Source: an uncultured Thermococci archaeon (GTDB taxonomy: Archaea; CAYQAE01; CAYVLA01). From it: a stretch of DNA of 64,000 nucleotides. A model generated the notes under the pieces. The model was given only the letters and a program-made list of their open reading frames with translations, did not search any database and was not told the DNA's origin. A program made the position numbers and the translations under genes. This document shows positions 38,652 through 51,000 of the stretch, piece by piece (position 1 is the stretch's first letter; the number at the start of each line of letters is the position of its first letter). The stretch is from the NCBI GenBank assembly GCA_964549615.1, contig CAZJVP010000088.1, positions 1 to 64,000 of the forward strand. The letters are read 5' to 3'.

Positions 38652-40501
38652 CAGCTCGCCTCCTTCAGTTCCTTAATCAGCTCCTCCGCCTCCCGCCTGG
38701 GATCCGGGACCTCGATGCCGCTGACCCTGAGACGTCCGTCCACGACGACCCCTATGAACACCATATCGACGCCCTTGCGGAAACCGGACCTCAGCTCCTC
38801 GATGCTCCTTCCGGTCCCATCCTTGAGAAGCTTCGCACACCGGTCTCCAAAAATGATTGCAGGAATCAGCCCGGACCCATCATCGAGCACGCAGGTGCAC
38901 AGCAAGCTGTCGGGTCCGAATGAATTCGTGTAGCGAAGGTCGGTCAGCGCCACCGGGCAGGCCCTTATCCTGCAGAGCCTCCCAGCCTGCAAGGCCGAGA
39001 TCAAACCCATCTTCGGCTCGTCCTCATTGAGGACCTCAACCTTCTTGTCGAGCACCTCAAGGGAACTCTCCGGGAGAACCTGGATCTCCCCAAGGTCGTT
39101 CACCTTGGCATTCCTTATCCTCAGCCCCCTCCCGGCCTCAAGCTCCTGAACCGGGTCCACATGGCCGTCCCAGAAGACCGCCGGGACCCTTCCGGTTGCG
39201 TCTCCAACGACGGCTGAAATGAGCTTGGCGTCGTTGAACTCTTCGGGGAGGCCGACCTCGACGATGCCCACCTCCAGGGTCAGGCCCTGCATGCCCCGGA
39301 CCAGGTCGCAGACCATGGGGATGAACTCCTCCTCCTCCACCAAGAGGCGACCGCGCCAGCCGACGTGGACCTCCAACTCCTGGTTCATCCCAAACTTGGT
39401 ATAAGCATTCTCGACGGTGACCCTCGATCCCTCCTCAAGGGCGGCCGCCGCGTCAGCGGCATTGCCCCAGAGGACGACCCTCACCTGTCCCGACCCGTCG
39501 CTGACGATGACGTTCGCGACCTTGCCCTCCTGGCCGTTAAGGCGGGTGAAGCTCCTTCGCCCGAGGACGCGTTCGACCCGCCCCCTGATGTCCACGCTCG
39601 GCATGTTGTCGGTGAGCTCGGAGATCCGCACGACGGACTGGACTGACCCAAACTGAAGATCCTTTGAGGGTTCGATCAAGACGATCTGGGAGGACGACGA
39701 GCAGTGAAGCTCAGGCCTTTCGTTCAGCCCGCCCTTCACGTAAGCTCCGACAATTCGAACCAAGCTGCCCTTGGGAATCCTCTCAAGGCCTTCAGCCTTT
39801 TCGTTCCACAGCGAAACCCTGGTCTCCCCGGTGTCGTCCTTCAAGAACACCGTCGCGACCTTCCCGCCAGCGCCGTCCGGCCGGTTGAAGGTCCGTACGT
39901 TCGAGATCGCGGAGATCACTCCCTCCACGGTGACATCCCGCATGCCGACCTGGATGTCCTTGATCTTGACCTTGGTCTCCTGCAGCTCGGGCATGGGCTC
40001 CGAGATCGCGGGGTTGACAAGGATTCTCCCGCGACGGCCGACGTGCACCTCGACCTCGCCCGATAGCCCGGTCCTCGTGTAGCCTGACCTGATCTGGACT
40101 ATATCGCCCCTGTTGATCGTTCCCCTTTCCACTGGCTCTGCTTTCTCCCCCCAGAGAACCACCCGGACGCTCCCCGTCTCGTCCATGACCAGGATGTTAG
40201 AAACCTTTCCGGAGAAGCTCTCACGGTTGAAGCTCCTGACCCCGTATATGCTCACCACCCGCCCCGCAACATCCACGCTCTCCATGCCCGGAACAAGGTT
40301 CTTGATCTTCAAGCTCATCTGCGGTGGGGCCTCGAAGGTCGCGCCCATCTCCCTCGCAAGCAGCTTGGCTGCCCCTATCTCGCTGAGCAGCCCGTAGTGT
40401 TCCTTGATCTTTCCGTCGATCCTCGACTTGAACTCCTCCAGGCTGACCTTGTCCTTGACTTTATCGTGAATCTGCTTTATCGCCTGGAGGTCTTCCGACA
40501 T
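38651..40501 (-). CDS. rpa: Replication protein A (multi-OB-fold ssDNA-binding protein)
   Basis: N-terminal GLLSExGAA motif, then about 5 OB repeats (G+V..i...DETGxvRvxLW); abuts radA; TATA-like TCTATATAAG upstream. Confidence 0.88.
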   Translation of the reverse strand: MSEDLQAIKQIHDKVKDKVSLEEFKSRIDGKIKEHYGLLSEIGAAKLLAREMGATFEAPPQMSLKIKNLVPGMESVDVAGRVVSIYGVRSFNRESFSGKVSNILVMDETGSVRVVLWGEKAEPVERGTINRGDIVQIRSGYTRTGLSGEVEVHVGRRGRILVNPAISEPMPELQETKVKIKDIQVGMRDVTVEGVISAISNVRTFNRPDGAGGKVATVFLKDDTGETRVSLWNEKAEGLERIPKGSLVRIVGAYVKGGLNERPELHCSSSSQIVLIEPSKDLQFGSVQSVVRISELTDNMPSVDIRGRVERVLGRRSFTRLNGQEGKVANVIVSDGSGQVRVVLWGNAADAAAALEEGSRVTVENAYTKFGMNQELEVHVGWRGRLLVEEEEFIPMVCDLVRGMQGLTLEVGIVEVGLPEEFNDAKLISAVVGDATGRVPAVFWDGHVDPVQELEAGRGLRIRNAKVNDLGEIQVLPESSLEVLDKKVEVLNEDEPKMGLISALQAGRLCRIRACPVALTDLRYTNSFGPDSLLCTCVLDDGSGLIPAIIFGDRCAKLLKDGTGRSIEELRSGFRKGVDMVFIGVVVDGRLRVSGIEVPDPRREAEELIKELKEAS

Positions 40502-40615
40502 TCCCGTCCCCGCCGGCCCGCCCTCACACGCCGAACCCCTACCGGACCTTATATAGATTATCCGCGTCCCCAGAGTCCTGTCGCGCATCGCTTGACCTAG
40601 GAACAACTTCCACCG

Positions 40616-40927
40616 CTACTTCTGGAAGGCGAGATCCGTCCCGCAGCTGGGGCACTTACCCGCGTAGGATCCGAAGCATATCTTGCAGAGGGTCTTGCCG
40701 CATTTGGGACACTTGAAGTGCCCTCGCTTCATTGCGGTGGTCCCGCAGACCGCGCACGAGAGGGTCTCCTCCTTGAAGTGCTCCAGTTCGATCTTGCAGT
40801 CGGGGCACTTAAAGCCTGACTTCTCGGCGCACTTCTGATCAAGCATCTTACGACAGTAAGGACATCTATAGTAGCCCACCTCGGGCAGGGGAGATTCGCA
40901 TACTGCGCAGATCATCCTTTCGGGCAA
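40616..40927 (-). CDS. Tandem Cys-rich zinc-finger protein
   Basis: Two repeats of CxxC-x11-CPxC-x4-(C/D)xxC-x7-CPxC. Confidence 0.8.
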   Translation of the reverse strand: MPERMICAVCESPLPEVGYYRCPYCRKMLDQKCAEKSGFKCPDCKIELEHFKEETLSCAVCGTTAMKRGHFKCPKCGKTLCKICFGSYAGKCPSCGTDLAFQK

Positions 40928-41073
40928 GGAACGTGCACCTCAGGTTGGGGCTGCGCCCGTCTGGCGGTGCAAGGCCTGATAAATATTGGCGCCGCGCAGC
41001 CGAGGAATCGGATGTCGTAATGTTGGGACGTGCCCAAAAGTCTTTATCAAGAGGTCCCCAACACGCGCATCTG

Positions 41074-41805
41074 ATGTCGAAGGGCTTCAAGGTGATTCCC
41101 GCCGTTGACCTGAAGGATGGCAAGTGCGTGACCCTGGTAGGCGGAGATCCCTCCAAGAGGGTGGTAGAACTTGAGGATCCCCTAGAGGCGGCGAAGAGAT
41201 GGGAGAGCTGCGGCGCAAGCATCCTCCACCTCATAGACCTGGACGGAGCAATCCAAGGAATGCCGGCTAACATGCCCATCGTCAGGCGGATAGTCAGTGC
41301 GCTTGGCATACCGGTGCAGTTCGGAGGCGGGATCAGATCCCTTGAGGCAGCCCGTACCCTGCTGGAAGCCGGGATTTGGAGGATCATACTCGGGACCCTT
41401 GCGTTCGCGGAGCCGAAGGCGGTATCCATTCTTTCCGCCGAGTACGGCCCATCCCGAATCATGGTGGCCCTGGACTTTAGGGCGGGGAAGGTCCTTACCC
41501 ATGGCTGGCGCTCCTTTACGGGGACCGACCCGCTCTCGGCGGCTAGAACCTACGAGGGGCTTGGGGCAGGGAGCCTCCTTGTAACGAACGTTGAGGTCGA
41601 GGGAAGGCTCGGGGGCATGCCGCTGGAACCGATCAGGGAGCTGGTTGGCGCGGTGGCCATCGACGTGGTCGCGAGCGGGGGCGTGGCCTCGCTGGACGAT
41701 ATCATATCGATCAGATCTACGGGCGCGGCCGGCGTCGTGGTCGGGGCGGCCATCTACACGGGAAGGATTAATCTGAGAGAGGCGATAGAGAGAGCGGAAA
41801 GGTAG
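41074..41805 (+). CDS. hisA: ProFAR isomerase HisA
   Basis: VIPAVDLKDGKCV, LHLIDLDGA, QFGGGIR and ASGGV motifs; ATG 41074 follows the TATA-like AAAAGTCTTTAT. Confidence 0.95.
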   Translation: MSKGFKVIPAVDLKDGKCVTLVGGDPSKRVVELEDPLEAAKRWESCGASILHLIDLDGAIQGMPANMPIVRRIVSALGIPVQFGGGIRSLEAARTLLEAGIWRIILGTLAFAEPKAVSILSAEYGPSRIMVALDFRAGKVLTHGWRSFTGTDPLSAARTYEGLGAGSLLVTNVEVEGRLGGMPLEPIRELVGAVAIDVVASGGVASLDDIISIRSTGAAGVVVGAAIYTGRINLREAIERAER

Positions 41806-41813
41806 GTGTCGGG

Positions 41814-42401
41814 GTGCTCAGGATCGAGAAGAGAAGGAAGACCAAGGAGACGGACATCTCTTTGTCCATCGATTTCGAAGGGTCAGGTGCCTCAAACATT
41901 GCAACCGGCCTGCCCTTCTTCGACCACCTCCTTGATTCGTTCGCCAGGCACGCAAGGTTTGACCTGGAGCTCAAGGTTTCGGGCGACCTCGACGTGGATG
42001 ACCACCACCTCGTCGAGGACGTCGCGATCACGCTCGGATCGGCGATCGCCGAGGCTCAGGCGCGCAGACAATCGCTCAGGCGTTTCGGAAGCTGCGTGCT
42101 TCCGATGGATGACGCACTCGTCCTCGCCGCCGTCGATCTCGGGGGCAGGGCCTTCGCCGACGCACCTATACGGTTCAAGAAGAGGATGGTCGGCAGCTTC
42201 ACCCTAGCAAACATCAGGCACTTCATCCGCTCGCTCGCGGACGGCGCCAAGCTCAACCTCCACGTGAGGGTTCTCTCCGGAACCGACGAGCATCACATTG
42301 CCGAGGCAATCTTCAAGGCCATCGGCGTCAGCTTGCGACAGGCTATGGAGGAGGATCCAAGGCTGTTGGGCTCGGTTCCAAGCACCAAGGGTACGATCTA
42401 G
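41814..42401 (+). CDS. hisB: Imidazoleglycerol-phosphate dehydratase
   Basis: RKTKETDI, FFDHLL, DDHHLVED, PMDDA, HHIAEAIFKA and VPSTKG motifs. Confidence 0.97.
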   Translation: MLRIEKRRKTKETDISLSIDFEGSGASNIATGLPFFDHLLDSFARHARFDLELKVSGDLDVDDHHLVEDVAITLGSAIAEAQARRQSLRRFGSCVLPMDDALVLAAVDLGGRAFADAPIRFKKRMVGSFTLANIRHFIRSLADGAKLNLHVRVLSGTDEHHIAEAIFKAIGVSLRQAMEEDPRLLGSVPSTKGTI

Positions 42402-43072
42402 GCCCGCTGGCGCTTGCGCAGGGCCTTCAGGATCATGAATATGCCCACCCTAAGGCCGCACCAGACCGTAACCCCCGGGACGTACTTATCGTACTTGACG
42501 GGCACCTCCTTCAGGCGTAGGCCCCTGCGCATCGCCTCGAGGATGATCTCGCTTTCGATCTCGTAGCGGTTCGCAGTCAGGTCGAAGCCCTCGAGGGCAG
42601 ATGTCCGGATGGCCTTGAGGCCGGTCTGGCTGTCGTGAACACGGGCACCCGTCAGGGCGTTGGTGAGCTTCGTCAGCCCCCAGTTGCCAAGCCGCATGAT
42701 CCAAGAGGAGGAGGCGAAATAGTTCACCCTGTGGCCCAGAACGATGTCGGCCTCGTTCTTCAGTATCGGCTCGATGAGGTTTGGGATGTCGCTCGGGTAG
42801 TGCTGCCCATCCCCGTCCAATCGAAGGATTATCTCCGCCCCATGTTGCTTTGCGATCTCCAGGCCCTTCCTGTAGGCCGCGCCCACGCCCTGGTTTCGGT
42901 CTATCCTGAAGACCTTCGCACCGCCGGCAGAGGCCTCCTGGGACGAATGATCGGTACTGCCATCGTCTATGACTATGACGTTGTCGACGTACTGCCGGGT
43001 CTCCCTCACGATCCCCTGTATGGTCTTCTCCTCGTTGTGGACTGGTATCACGCAGATCGTTCTCAAGCCCAA
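42398..43072 (-). CDS. GT2 polyprenol-phosphate glycosyltransferase (DPM1/ArnC-like)
   Basis: IPVHNEE, IDDGSTD, NQGVG, LDGDGQH, DSQTGLKA and EVPV motifs. Confidence 0.9.
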   Translation of the reverse strand: MGLRTICVIPVHNEEKTIQGIVRETRQYVDNVIVIDDGSTDHSSQEASAGGAKVFRIDRNQGVGAAYRKGLEIAKQHGAEIILRLDGDGQHYPSDIPNLIEPILKNEADIVLGHRVNYFASSSWIMRLGNWGLTKLTNALTGARVHDSQTGLKAIRTSALEGFDLTANRYEIESEIILEAMRRGLRLKEVPVKYDKYVPGVTVWCGLRVGIFMILKALRKRQRA

Positions 43073-43105
43073 CCGCCCCGGTGTCGCCTCCTCCGCCCCA
43101 CCAGC

Positions 43106-43813
43106 TTATGAATGATTCCCAGTCCACTTCGCCGCCGGTCCATCGTCGACCACCCTGCCGTCCACGATCACGACGCCCCTCCTGCAGTGCCGAAGGAAGT
43201 TGAGGTCGTGGCTCACGGCCACGACGGTGACCCCCAGCTCGTCGTTAACCTTCCTCAGAAGTTCGAATACCTTGCCCGAGGATTGCGAGTCAAGATTGCC
43301 CGTCGGCTCGTCCGCGAGTATCATCTTTGGGTCATTGGCCAGGGCCCTGGCCACCGCGATGCGTTGCTGCTCGCCGCCCGATAGCTGGTCAGGCTTGTTG
43401 TTCGCCCGCTTCTCAAGATCGACCAGCCTAAGCAGCTCCCTTGCCCTTCTCGTCCTGCTCGCCCGATCCTTGTTGGAGAGCACCATGGGGAACTCGATGT
43501 TCTCCTCCGCCGTGAGGGTGGGAATCAGGTTGTAGGCTTGGAACACGAAACCTATGGTGTGGAGCCTCAGGTCGGACAGCTCGTCATCCGACAGCGCCGA
43601 GACGTCGCTGCCAAAGATCTTGATGGACCCCGAGGTAGGGCGATCCAGGCAGCCTAAGAGGTTGAGCAGGGTCGTCTTGCCCGAACCAGACGGGCCCGAA
43701 ACGAGAACGAAATCGCCGCTCTCGACATCCAAATTGACGCCGTTGAGCGCCTCCACCTGTATTTCGCCCGATTTGTACAGCTTTCGGAGATTGCGGGTCT
43801 CTATGGCCTTCAA
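43106..43813 (-). CDS. ABC ATPase, LolD/MacB type
   Basis: GPSGSGKTT, IGFVFQ, LSGGEQQR, LADEPTGNLD and VSHD motifs. Confidence 0.95.
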   Translation of the reverse strand: MKAIETRNLRKLYKSGEIQVEALNGVNLDVESGDFVLVSGPSGSGKTTLLNLLGCLDRPTSGSIKIFGSDVSALSDDELSDLRLHTIGFVFQAYNLIPTLTAEENIEFPMVLSNKDRASRTRRARELLRLVDLEKRANNKPDQLSGGEQQRIAVARALANDPKMILADEPTGNLDSQSSGKVFELLRKVNDELGVTVVAVSHDLNFLRHCRRGVVIVDGRVVDDGPAAKWTGNHS

Positions 43814-43836
43814 TTTTCTCTCTCGAGGAAGCCCAG

Positions 43837-43851
43837 GAAAGCCTTTAAAGG
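43837..43851. promoter_or_regulatory. Probable bidirectional TATA element between the divergent ATPase and permease genes
   Basis: GAAAGCCTTTAAAGG containing palindromic CCTTTAAAGG, in a 52-bp gap about 20-30 nt from both starts. Confidence 0.55.
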
Positions 43852-43865
43852 TATTCTATTAAATT

Positions 43866-45023
43866 TTGTCCATGGCCGCAGCGCGGTCCATCTGGAAGAT
43901 CGCTTTCAGAAACCTGTCGGCCCAGAACACGACCACGATCCTGACCGTGGCGGCCATCGCAGTCTGCGTGATGACCTTCGTATCGATCTTCTCGATACTC
44001 GACGGCCTACAGCTCACCATCGAGAGCGTGATGAACAGATCCTACCAGCGCAGCGCCTTCGTCATCACGAGCTCGCACACGACGCTCTTCCACGAGAGCG
44101 CGATCCCGAGATCGGTCGCAGCCCGGTACAGGCAGATACCCCAGGTCTACGCCCTCTCGGAAGAGGACCTCGTGATGGGAACATGCAATGACGCGAACGT
44201 GCTACTGGCAGGCGTTGATCTGGAGGATCTCCGAGCGCTATACACCCTTCAGGGATTGGAAAGCGCAGCGGCCATCGGTCCCGGCGACTGCCTCGTCGGA
44301 GATACCCTTTCCGGAACCATCGGGGCCTCCGTGGGCACGAACCTGTCCGTAAGCACCGAACACGGCATGTTCGACCTCCGGGTGGCCGGGATATTCCGAA
44401 CGAGCACTCCGCTTGACGCGCAGATATTGGTCGACCGCAGTTACCTCTCCACCAGGATCCCCAAATTCGTCGTCAACTCTTCGATCCTGAGGATCCGAGT
44501 TCTAGACCCGTCCGACATATCCACGATCGCGGATTTCACCCGATCAAATTACCCCGAGCTTGCGATAAGGGAGGGAAAACAGGTGAGCAAGTTCTTCGAG
44601 AAATCGATCATCAACATCTCACGTCTGCTCAGCACGATCATCGTCTTCGTCGTGCTCCTCATGGTTCTCGGGATCTACAACTCCATGAACATGGTCGTGT
44701 CCGAGCGGAAATGGGAGATAGGAGTCATCAGGGCCATGGGAGCGAGGAGGTCATTCATCCACAGGCTCTTCATCCTCGAGAGCGCCATGCTCTCGGTTCT
44801 CGGCGGCCTCTTCGGCACTGCCTTGGGCATAGCATCTTCCCATGCAATAACCTCCTTCTTCTCGATCTTCGTGGCGGGCTCGTCAAGCGTGGTGCCGCTC
44901 ACCAAGATCAGCACGATCGGGTGGGCGATGGCTGCATCGCTTGCGATCGGGCTGGTGGGGGGAATGTTGCCCGCAAGCCGTGCCTCTAGAGTCGAGATCT
45001 CGGAGGCATTGTCGGAGGGATAG
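43866..45023 (+). CDS. ABC permease, MacB/FtsX/LolC-E family
   Basis: IAFRNL, TM1, extracellular domain, ERKWEIGVIRAMGA, LPASRASRVEISEAL. Confidence 0.92.
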   Translation: MSMAAARSIWKIAFRNLSAQNTTTILTVAAIAVCVMTFVSIFSILDGLQLTIESVMNRSYQRSAFVITSSHTTLFHESAIPRSVAARYRQIPQVYALSEEDLVMGTCNDANVLLAGVDLEDLRALYTLQGLESAAAIGPGDCLVGDTLSGTIGASVGTNLSVSTEHGMFDLRVAGIFRTSTPLDAQILVDRSYLSTRIPKFVVNSSILRIRVLDPSDISTIADFTRSNYPELAIREGKQVSKFFEKSIINISRLLSTIIVFVVLLMVLGIYNSMNMVVSERKWEIGVIRAMGARRSFIHRLFILESAMLSVLGGLFGTALGIASSHAITSFFSIFVAGSSSVVPLTKISTIGWAMAASLAIGLVGGMLPASRASRVEISEALSEG

Positions 45024-45049
45024 GGATCGGCGCCAAGCTAGGCTTCGGC

Positions 45050-48000
45050 ATGAGGGTCTTCCCGAGGCGGAGGATGTGGCTGTCGCTGGTCGGCATCCTC
45101 GTCTGCGCCGTCCTCTTCTTCGGCATTCTCTCGGTGATATACTGGCTCAGGTTCTCCTCGAGCGCCTACTTCGGCGAGGCTCGCGACATATACGTCCTGG
45201 CGCGAAACAGATCTGCCACAGTGAAACAGTCCCAGATCCCGCTCGCCCTCGCACCCGCCCTTGCCAAGATGCCCGGAATAGAGGTCGTAAGCCCCGAGCT
45301 CTTCATCTACGGCGTCTTGAACGACAAGGCGGTCATAGTCCGGGGCATCTACCCCTACGACTTCCAACGCCTCGAGAGCCTTAGGGTGATCCAGGGCCGC
45401 TGGCTCAACGAAAAGGACATCATGGGGGCGGTGGCCGGCTACAACCTCGCCCGCAAATTGGGCCTTCGGGTGAACGACATCTACGTCCTATCCGGATCCG
45501 AGGTGGACGACTTCCTGACCATACAGATCGTGGGCATATTCCGGACAGGAGGAATGATAGATGACGATCTGCTGCTGAACATGAAATATGCCCGATTCCT
45601 CCAGCAGGAAACCCCCGAGGGCTATGCCTCGATCATACGCGTGAAGGCCAACACGACGATCTGGCCCACCGTGGACAGCATCTGGAAGGCCATCAGCGGC
45701 CCGCCGGCCGTCTCTTCCCTAAGATACCTTCCGGAGCGTCCAAACAACACCGAAAGGCTGGTGATAGCTTGCGAGGCGAAGGCCTATAGCGAGATAGGGT
45801 CCGTCATCCTCCAATACAACAAGTCCGGCAGCAAGACCGTCAACCAGAAGACCATGGAGATGGTCGGGCCCGCCACCTACCGAACCGAGATCGGTCCGGT
45901 GAAGGACTCATCCTGGATCCTGATGTGGGCCAAGGCCGTCGACGTCCTAGGACATGAGTCTTGCACCGATCCGGTGAACGTCTCGGTCACGGACGCCCTA
46001 GGCCCTGACATCTTCGACGTGGACGTTCAGCCGCCGCCCCCACAGACCAAGGACGACGACCTGACCGTCTCCTTCAAGGCCATCGACTCAAGCGAGCTCG
46101 TCAAGAACGTTACCGTCTACGCCTACAGCGCGGGGAGAAACATCTCAGTGGCACTGCCCGACTCAAGCGGCGGTCCGTACGTCGCACAGATCGGCAGGTT
46201 CGAGCCGGGCCAGCTTCTTGTCTGGATCTCGGCCAAGGACAGATTCGATAATCCCAGCCTGACGGGCTTCTATACCTACCGCATACTCAACAGAACCGAT
46301 CAATCCGCACCCGAGATCTCCGACATCCTCTACGTGCCAATGCCCCCGTACGACAACTCCACCGTCAACATCACGGTGCGGATAAGGGACGATTCCAACA
46401 TCACGATCGCGAGGATCATGTACGACTTCCAGCTCAGGGGGACGCACTTCAACGCGACGCTTGCGCTGAACCGGAGCGCAGAGAAGGACCTGTGGACCGC
46501 CACGCTGGGTCCATTCCCGGGCGCAACCAACGTGCACCTCAAGGTATATGCGCAGGACGAGTTCGGCAATGCAGGCTACTCCCAACCTAAGGAGCTCTCC
46601 ATACGGTACTCGGAACCTCCGGAGGAGTTCTTCGTCTACAGGTTCCCCTTCGCCTCCATCCCGGGCATCAACAACCTGCTGTTCATGTATCTTTACGACG
46701 CATCCGAGATAGCTAGGGTGGACGTAACCTTCTACGACAGGGGCATGTGGAGGAACCTCTCGATACCTGTGAACGTCACGACATTCAGGGACCCTCTCCT
46801 GCTGGGCAGGCTGATCGCGGGAACCAAGCTGTATTCGGTGGCCATGACGGACGCAAAGAACCAGACCACCAGGACCCCCGTCGCGGGGCAGAACAGCTTC
46901 CTCGTCTCAAAGCAACCGCCGTCTGCGTACAGCATCGTCTATCCCGCGAGGGTGCTTCCGGGCGAGTACGTGGCTGTGTCCTTCAACGTGTCCTCTCTTT
47001 TCCCGATCTCGCGCGTGTACGTGACCGACTCCAGGGACGTGATCGTCCCCGGCAACTGGACGGGCTCGAAATACGTCAGCAGACTGGGACCATACTGGCG
47101 GCCCGGCCAGTACAGCTTCGTCGTAACGGTCGAGGACTTCGCCGGGAACGTGTACCGATCGCCCCAGATGCAGCTTACGGTCCTTGAGAGCGCGATACAG
47201 GACATCGACTTTTCTCCTAATCCCCCAATTCTGGGGGAGAACCTGACCGTCACGTGCAGAATCGTTGGCGATTCTCCGGGGGCAAGCGTCGACCTCATCG
47301 CCCCCATGGGAGCAAAGAACCCTCGAACCCCCATGTCGATGCAAGGCAGCTTGAGGAGCGCAACCATCACCATCGATCAGCCCGGAGTGATCGCCTTCTC
47401 GATCGAGGCAAGGATCGGGAACGAGATCTACAGATCGGAAACCCAACGCATCGTCGTCGCCTCCTTCGAGACTTCCCTCTTTACTGCACACCGCCCCTCA
47501 TATCCTACCTCCACCGACGGCGTCGTGATTCAGATCCGTTGCCGGGACGCAGAGCAGATCTACGCCGTCATCCTCAACTGGACGAACGGAACCTACGGCA
47601 AGAGGGAGATCTGGACCCCTAGGACCCCTTATTTCGCGGTCGACTTTCGCCCCGGGACTCAGACCTCGGACGTACTCTACCGGCTGGAGATCCACGGATC
47701 GAAGGGCGTGATCAGGTACCCTGACGCGATGAACGAGTGGATCACGGTCCCGATCGCGCGCAACCTCTTCGACCCACCCGAGATCAAGGGCTACGCGCTC
47801 GCCCCGCAGACCTACATCAACCTGGCTGGAGCGAGGCCCAGCGACTTCCTGATCGCCGCCTCTTGCGACGTGGCCGACGTGGAGGGCTTGTCCAAGGTCT
47901 GGATCGAGTACAAGGTCGGCGAGACTTCCTATGCGGACCCGCTCTTTCCTTCCGCGGACCCGTACGCGGCGTTCGCCGGCAGGTACGTGGCCTACCTCGG

Positions 48001-51000
48001 GCCCTTCCCCTTGAACACCACGATAACGGCGCGGATGCTAGCCACCGATATCGCAGGGAAGACCTCGTCAACTCCCTACTTCGAATACACCCTCACGGAC
48101 AACCAACCTCCAGACATCACCCAGGTCTACCACGATCCCCTCAACCCCAACCCAAGCCAGGAGGTCACGATCGGCTGCGAGGTCACGGACGACTCGGGGG
48201 TGAAGGAGGTGCTCCTCGTTGTGAACGAAACTAGGGGCGAGTATTCGGAGAGAATGAACAAGTATGGGAACAAGTACACCTTGCGGATCGTTTCCCCCTC
48301 GGCCGGGCAGACCATCTCGTACAGCATACGGGCAACGGACAACTACGGCAATTCGAACCAGACCGCCTGGCTCAGCATTCGCTCGGTCGACATCAACCCG
48401 CCCGAGATCAGCGAAGTCATCCAGGTACCAGCCCAACCCACCGACAAGCAGACCGTGAACATCACCGTCGTCCTGATCGACTGGGAGGACGCCATCCAGA
48501 ACGTCACCCTGCTCTGGTACCAGTACACCTGGAAGCAGAAGACCCAGGAGGGAGGGAAGGGCTGGCTCACCCGCACCTTCACCATCAACGCATCGGAGTT
48601 GGAGCCCGGCATCGACGTGCGCTACAAGATCGAGGCCTACGACCGGTCCGGCAACAAGGCCGTGTACCCCAAGATACTGCAGCCCGAGTCCGTCGCCCGG
48701 ACCCTAGCTCATCTCGGTCAACGGGGTCTGGAACCCTACCTCACGTTCAGGGTGATCGACCGCACGCCTCCCAGCCTTCACCTGGAGTTCTCTCCCTCGG
48801 AGCCCAACGAACTGCAGACCGTGACCTTCTCCATCCGTGCCTCCGATAACCATCTGCTGAGGAACGTCACCCTCGTTCTCTTCGTCGATGAGGATGACCG
48901 CGGTTATCGTTGGGTCATGGGACGCCCAAGCTTCGAGGAAGAGGTATCGTCCGGCCCGCTTCGCGCAGGAGGGACGGTGGTCTGCTATCTTGAGGCATAC
49001 GATCATTCCGGCAACCACGCTCGCTACCCGGACTCCTGGAACCTCAGCATTCCGGTCAAGATCCTGCAATGGGGCGGACTCATTGCCAGGATAGACCCGA
49101 CCGTCAACGTCGAGGTTTCGGGCCCGGCCAGCTTCTCGGAGGACATGGCTAGACAGGGTGCCGGAAAGATAGTCGCCAGCATAAACGGGATCTTGTTCAT
49201 GACCTTTCTGGCGACGATCGCGGGGATAGGCAACATAATCTACAGCTCGATCTACAAGTCCAAGCGAGAGATCGGGATCGTACGCACCCTGGGCGGGAGC
49301 AAGAAGTTCGTAACCCTCTTGGTCACATGCGTCACCGTCCTCATCGGATTTTTCGCCGGCCTTATGGGTTGCGGGATCGCCTACCTACTGATGGTCGTCC
49401 TGTCAAGGCTCGGCGCAAGCCTCGCATGGGTAACCCTGAGGCCTACCTTCGACCTGCTGGTGTTTGGGGCTACCGTGGCGGCGTCGGTCACCATCAGCGT
49501 CTTCGGCGGACTGGTGGCCCTCGGGAGGCTTTTCTCCTACACCCCGATCGAATCGATCAGAAAGCTCGTGCCTCCTGCGCCGAAAGAAAGGGAACCGACA
49601 TACATCGAGAACACCAAGGCCTTCTCCACCAAGACCATCGCCGTCCTCCTGCTGCTGATCGTCCCGGCAGCCGCTATGATCCGGCTGTATCCCACCCGGA
49701 TCTCGGGAATGCCCTTTGACCCCGACTCATGGCTACACCTCCAAGCCGCCAAGGACATGGCAATCTCGCACCAGATCCGCCTAGACTACGACTCGCGCGA
49801 GCTGCAGGCCGTGAGCGCGCTGCCCGGCCTGAACATCCTCCTTCTGTTCGCCCAACAACTCACCGGTACCCAGCTGCTCCCGGCTAGGCTGCTGACCCCT
49901 CTGGCGAGCTCTCTCGGCCTCCTATTCGCATTCGCGCTGGCCAGGAGAGTCTCTCGAAGCGCGTTGGCCGGCGCCGTAGCCTGCCTTGTCCTCGCCTTCG
50001 CTGGCTTCTATTCAAACCGGACGGCGGCCCTCACGAAGGAGGCCTTGGGGCTCCAGCTCCTTCTATTCTGCCTGCTCCTGCTGTACGTCGGGCGACAGCT
50101 TCGAAGCGCCAAGCTCAAGGGTCTGACTTTCCTCGCGTCGGTTGCGCTGGCCCTGACCCATCATCTCACGGCCATCTACTTCCTGCTCATCCTGGTCGGA
50201 TACCTTGCCCTGGTCAACCTCCTCAGCTACTCCAGGGGCACCCTTGATCGCCAGGAGGCCCGGCAGGATGTGCTCCTGTTCACGGCCGTCCTGATCAGCT
50301 TCATGATCATAACTCTCACGCTGGGAAAGTACGAAACGAAGATGCCGTTGCAGGATGCGCTCCTGATCATCTCCCTTTTCTACGTCGTCATAGGCTTCGG
50401 CAGGCTCCTTCTATCGTCAGCCTTCATGAATCGGCATCGGCGAATGATCACGCTGATGTCTGCAGGCGCGATGGTCGCCTTCCCCATCCTCGCCCACCGC
50501 GCAGGCCTCTTCTCATACGCTCCGTGGGAGCAGTTCATGCCCATGCTGGCCCCCCACCTCGTGCTCCTGGCCATTGCCGTGCTCGGCTTATTCCCTGTGT
50601 CGATTCTTTCCGAGGAGCAGAAGGCCTTCCTCCTGGCCTGGATATCGGCGGTTCTGCCGTTCGTCTTGTTCGGGGTGGTAAAGAGGGACATCTTGGGCTA
50701 CATCCTTCTGTTCCGGAACATCGCCTATGGCTACCAACTGGCGGCCCTCATGCTTGCGATAGCGGTCGTCTACGCATACAAGCGGTTTGAATCAGGTCGG
50801 CCGACCCGCCTGAGAAGGCTCGCCATCGCCATTGGAATCATTCTCCTCATTTGCGATATGGGTCTGGCCTCCTACATGGGATTCCTGTCCCAAGACTACG
50901 AGCTAAAGGATCTCTACTATCCGCGGGAGATGAGCGCCGCCCTGAAGGTGAATGCATCGACCCTGCGCGGGCAGCTGGTGGGCGCGGACGAGCGTGGCCG

